From Octopus bimaculoides (lineage: Eukaryota): a stretch of 49,173 bases of DNA. Shown here piece by piece: positions 45,469 to 49,173 of the stretch. The stretch is from contig NC_068987.1 of NCBI RefSeq assembly GCF_001194135.2, positions 74,349,522-74,398,694 of the forward strand. The letters are read 5' to 3'. Both the position numbers and the translations under genes were made by a program. Numbering within the stretch: position 1 is the stretch's first letter; every line of letters begins with the position of its first letter. A model generated the notes under the pieces. That model was not told where the DNA came from. It saw nothing but the letters and a program-made list of their open reading frames with translations, and ran no database searches.

Positions 45469-46478
45469 ACAAGTTTAAGGACTATGAATTATTAGATACA
45501 AACCATCTTATTGTACTTTCCCATATTAACATGCAGACTGAATTTTGAAGGTGATTCTCGAGTTATATAATCTAAGTTTGTTTCATACCAGCCACCACAG
45601 AAAATTGAAAGTGATATTGTTATAATGTTTTGTGATTTTTAAGTAACAATTCCAACTTCACATATCCCAATCAATCCATAAAAGTCATGATTTTGTGAAA
45701 TAAATGATCTTCCAATGTGAGCTTTTTTTATCTGCCCTGATTTTATTGGTCATTTTAGTTTCTAATTTATGGTACCACAATATTATCCTTTCTCTAGTCA
45801 CTATTTTTTATGTTATGCGGATTGTTTATAATTCTCTGAAACTTGTTTGCTGCTTGTACTTTTTTTTTCATGCTTATGTGGTTTGTGGTAGAGTATATTC
45901 CCACTTGTGTGTCATTTCATCTTCCTATGTCTTTTTCCATAAATATTCATCACTACATGTTGTCTCGACTAGTGTAGTCAGCTCTCTGCATAGTTCAACT
46001 AATGTCTGTAGTGCTCAAATGGCTTGTATATTTCCGACCCAGCATATACCATATTCAATGCCCCCTCACTATCATGCAGCATCGTGTCTTGCACATGTTC
46101 CATACAATGTCTCAAGGAAAAATGTGATATGTTAGAGAGGTTTCTCAATATTAAATGGTGATGAGGAGGAAAAAAAAATTGCAAAGAGAATTTTTAGAAA
46201 TTTTCAAAATTACAAGCTTTTTATAACTTTGAATCACTTAACTTTCGTTTTGTTATTGATCTGCTCCTGTTAGGTATGTTTAACTGACATGGAAATAATC
46301 AAGTGTATCGTTGAAGTAGTATAACTATCTTATCTTTACAGTGGATATGTCCTGAGATGTAAAAGTTAACATTTGTTCTCTATTTTAATGAAATATTTAA
46401 AAAATTGAATGCTGTATTGGCTGATTAGTATCTAACATTGCATGAAAAGTTTCTATATTACGTCGGTGTTGATAGTAA

Positions 46479-47012
<534 letters not shown>

Positions 47013-47829
47013 TGAGCACAAATGATTTAAGAGAAAAACTGAGCATAAGTGGAATCATTTAATGTCTGTTCTCCATGCTAGTATGGGTTCAGCCTATGGC
47101 AACGTTGGGGAATTGTGTATGCAAGGGAAAAGTACATTGTTACAGACATTTTGATGCTTATAGAGGAGAACAGCTATGTAAACAAGTGCCACACACTGAA
47201 AGTGAATATAACCTGTAGAAAAGGGAGACTGAGGAAGACTATATTTTATTGTTCACTTTTTCATGCTTGCATTGGTCAGACAGCTTTTTGTGACTGGTTG
47301 CCCTTCACCTGTTACCAATCAAGTTAACATTTTCTCATGGCCAGATGTGTTTTTCACTTAAGATTTTAAATGAGCAATGCTCATTTACAGCTATCACATG
47401 TCTGGTGGGGCAGGTGTTACACACTTATATACTGTGATGTATGTGTGTGTATGTACACATGTATGCATGCATGTTTTATATCTGCATACTGTGAAGTCCT
47501 CCATCATTGACCTCTCTGATACCTTCTCACTAATCTAGCATCCCTATCACTCACCTTTCTTTCCTTTAAGCTTATATCTCTCTTGCTTCTCATGCACCTA
47601 TGTTCATCTCTCACTCACTCTCACTTTTCTGAATCTCATGAAGTGCATGACTAAGGATGGCAGTGAATCTCTTCTGTTTATGATTCACCATATTCTTTTA
47701 CTTATGTGTTTATTGCTTATCTTCTGTCTGCTATACATTGCCTTCTTTCACCCATGCCTATTGCTAGTTTCTCAATCACTCCCTTCTCCTTTCAATCTCG
47801 CCTTCACCTTGCTGTTGATGTGATTTAAA

Positions 47830-48090
47830 ATGCAGTGGATCTCGTCTCTTTGCCATACACTACTTCCAGTGTACCTAAGGATGTTATTCCAGCTGCTGGT
47901 GCAGGATCCATATGCTATCATTATCACTCAACCTCTCTTGCTAGAGGAAACTACATGGGATCATTTGCTCCCAGTACACTCTCCATCCTCTTCTGTACTG
48001 CCTGCCATCATGCTCATGTCTGCTACAATACTCTTTTTTATTCCTGCTTATCCTGAGTTTCTTTCGTTCTTCTGTCTCTTGGATCATTTT
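47830..48090 (+). mobile_element. Possible very old CR1-like 3' fragment
   Basis: Weak resemblance only, across frameshifts. Confidence 0.25.
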
Positions 48091-48952
48091 GCCATCTGTT
48101 GTTGATTTGACTAGATGTACCTATATTAGAATACTTAAACCTCTATCACACTTTCTCGTATTACTATCATTCATGCCTCTTCATTCTACAAAGAAGATAG
48201 CAAACAGGGACATGGGGGTGTGTGAGGTTTCTTTAGTTATGTTGATGACACATATCTAGTACTGAATGCTATGAAAATAGCACATAAAACTCTATAATGT
48301 GGTTGGTGTTACAGGAAGAGCATCCAGCCATAGAAACCAAGCCGAAAATGAAACACAAATTTGAAGTCCTTTCAGCCCAAGTGAGCAATACTCCTAAATC
48401 AATGCTGACATAGCTGACCTGTCTAATTCATGGTGGCATGCAAAGTTTCTCTAAAATCACGATTATAGAAGGAGGCTTGGTTGTATGGATAGTTTGTTTC
48501 AATACCACATGGTTTTGATTTGTTTTACTGCATTATACCTTGGGTGATCCAATGTCTTGAGTGGAATTGCTAGCTATACAGAAACATTTCTCTCTCTGTC
48601 TATCTCTCACTCACACACACACACTTGTTTTAATGTCTATTTTCCCATGCTTGCATGAGTCAGGTGAGATCTGTTGTAGCAGATTTCTGTGGTTGGATAT
48701 TCTTCCTGTTGCCTTTTTTCCAAGCAAGATAATGTTTTCATTGAAGACTTCAAACCAAATGTCACTGCTTGTATGACAATGAAGTTTGTTTACAATTAGT
48801 GTGCAATGTCAAGAAGACATGTATGCACACACACACACACAATTGATAGCCAGGCTTCTTTTCATGTTCCTTCAACTAAATTCACTCACAAAGCTTAAAT
48901 TGTCTTGGGTTGTTGCGTAAGGTTCTCTGCAGTGGGATTGAACATGCAACCG

Positions 48953-49173
48953 TCATCATCATCGTTTAACGTCCGCTTTCCATGCTAGCATGGGTTGGAC
49001 GATTTGACTGAGGACTGGTGAAACCGGATGGCAGCACCAGGCTCCAATCTAATTTGGCAGAGTTTCTACAGCTAGATGCCCTTCCTAACGCCAACCACTC
49101 AGAGTGTAGTGGGTGCTTTTACGTGTCACCCGCACGAAAACGGCCACGCTCGAAATGGTGTCTTTTATGTGCC
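48953..49173 (-). mobile_element. RTE-type 3' end, young copy cut by the window edge
   Basis: Closely similar to 38035-38260. Confidence 0.88.

Noticed and set aside
45704-46184. 143-aa and 61-aa ORFs upstream of VCP exon 2
   Set aside because: No recognisable homology or convincing splice sites in any frame; intronic position.

Overview
AT-rich, repeat-dense animal genomic DNA with ten N-gaps. It is most likely Octopus, inferred from the tRNA-derived SINE families, the RTE elements with (GAT)n tails and the microsatellite-flanked gaps. I can support two host genes, arranged head-to-head. (1) A complete NUPR1/p8 CDS on the minus strand (21978-22238), with a predicted 59-nt intron just after the stop codon. 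(2) The 5' end of VCP/p97 (CDC48/TER94) on the plus strand: predicted coding exon 1 at 31851-31867 and exon 2 at 46574-46676, with the rest beyond the window. The remainder is a mosaic of mobile elements: several SINE families; RTE, CR1-like, CRE-like and Penelope-like fragments; Tc1/mariner, pogo-like, hAT-like and piggyBac-like MITEs; one Helitron; one Helentron-associated (HINE-like) element. There is also a ~5 kb CpG-rich AACG-based satellite block. The least-explained structures are: the satellite block (palindromic ~60-bp unit, then a strand-switching 16-mer array); a 569-bp TIR element with an 8-bp TSD and a perfect 40-bp telomere-repeat palindrome, ~0.5 kb upstream of NUPR1; a ~150-bp-arm inverted duplication just downstream of NUPR1; and stress-response motifs at both promoters. 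Almost all long ORFs in the supplied track are artefacts of N-gaps or simple repeats. Repeat boundaries are approximate unless a TSD or terminus is cited. All family assignments come from recognition, not database searches.
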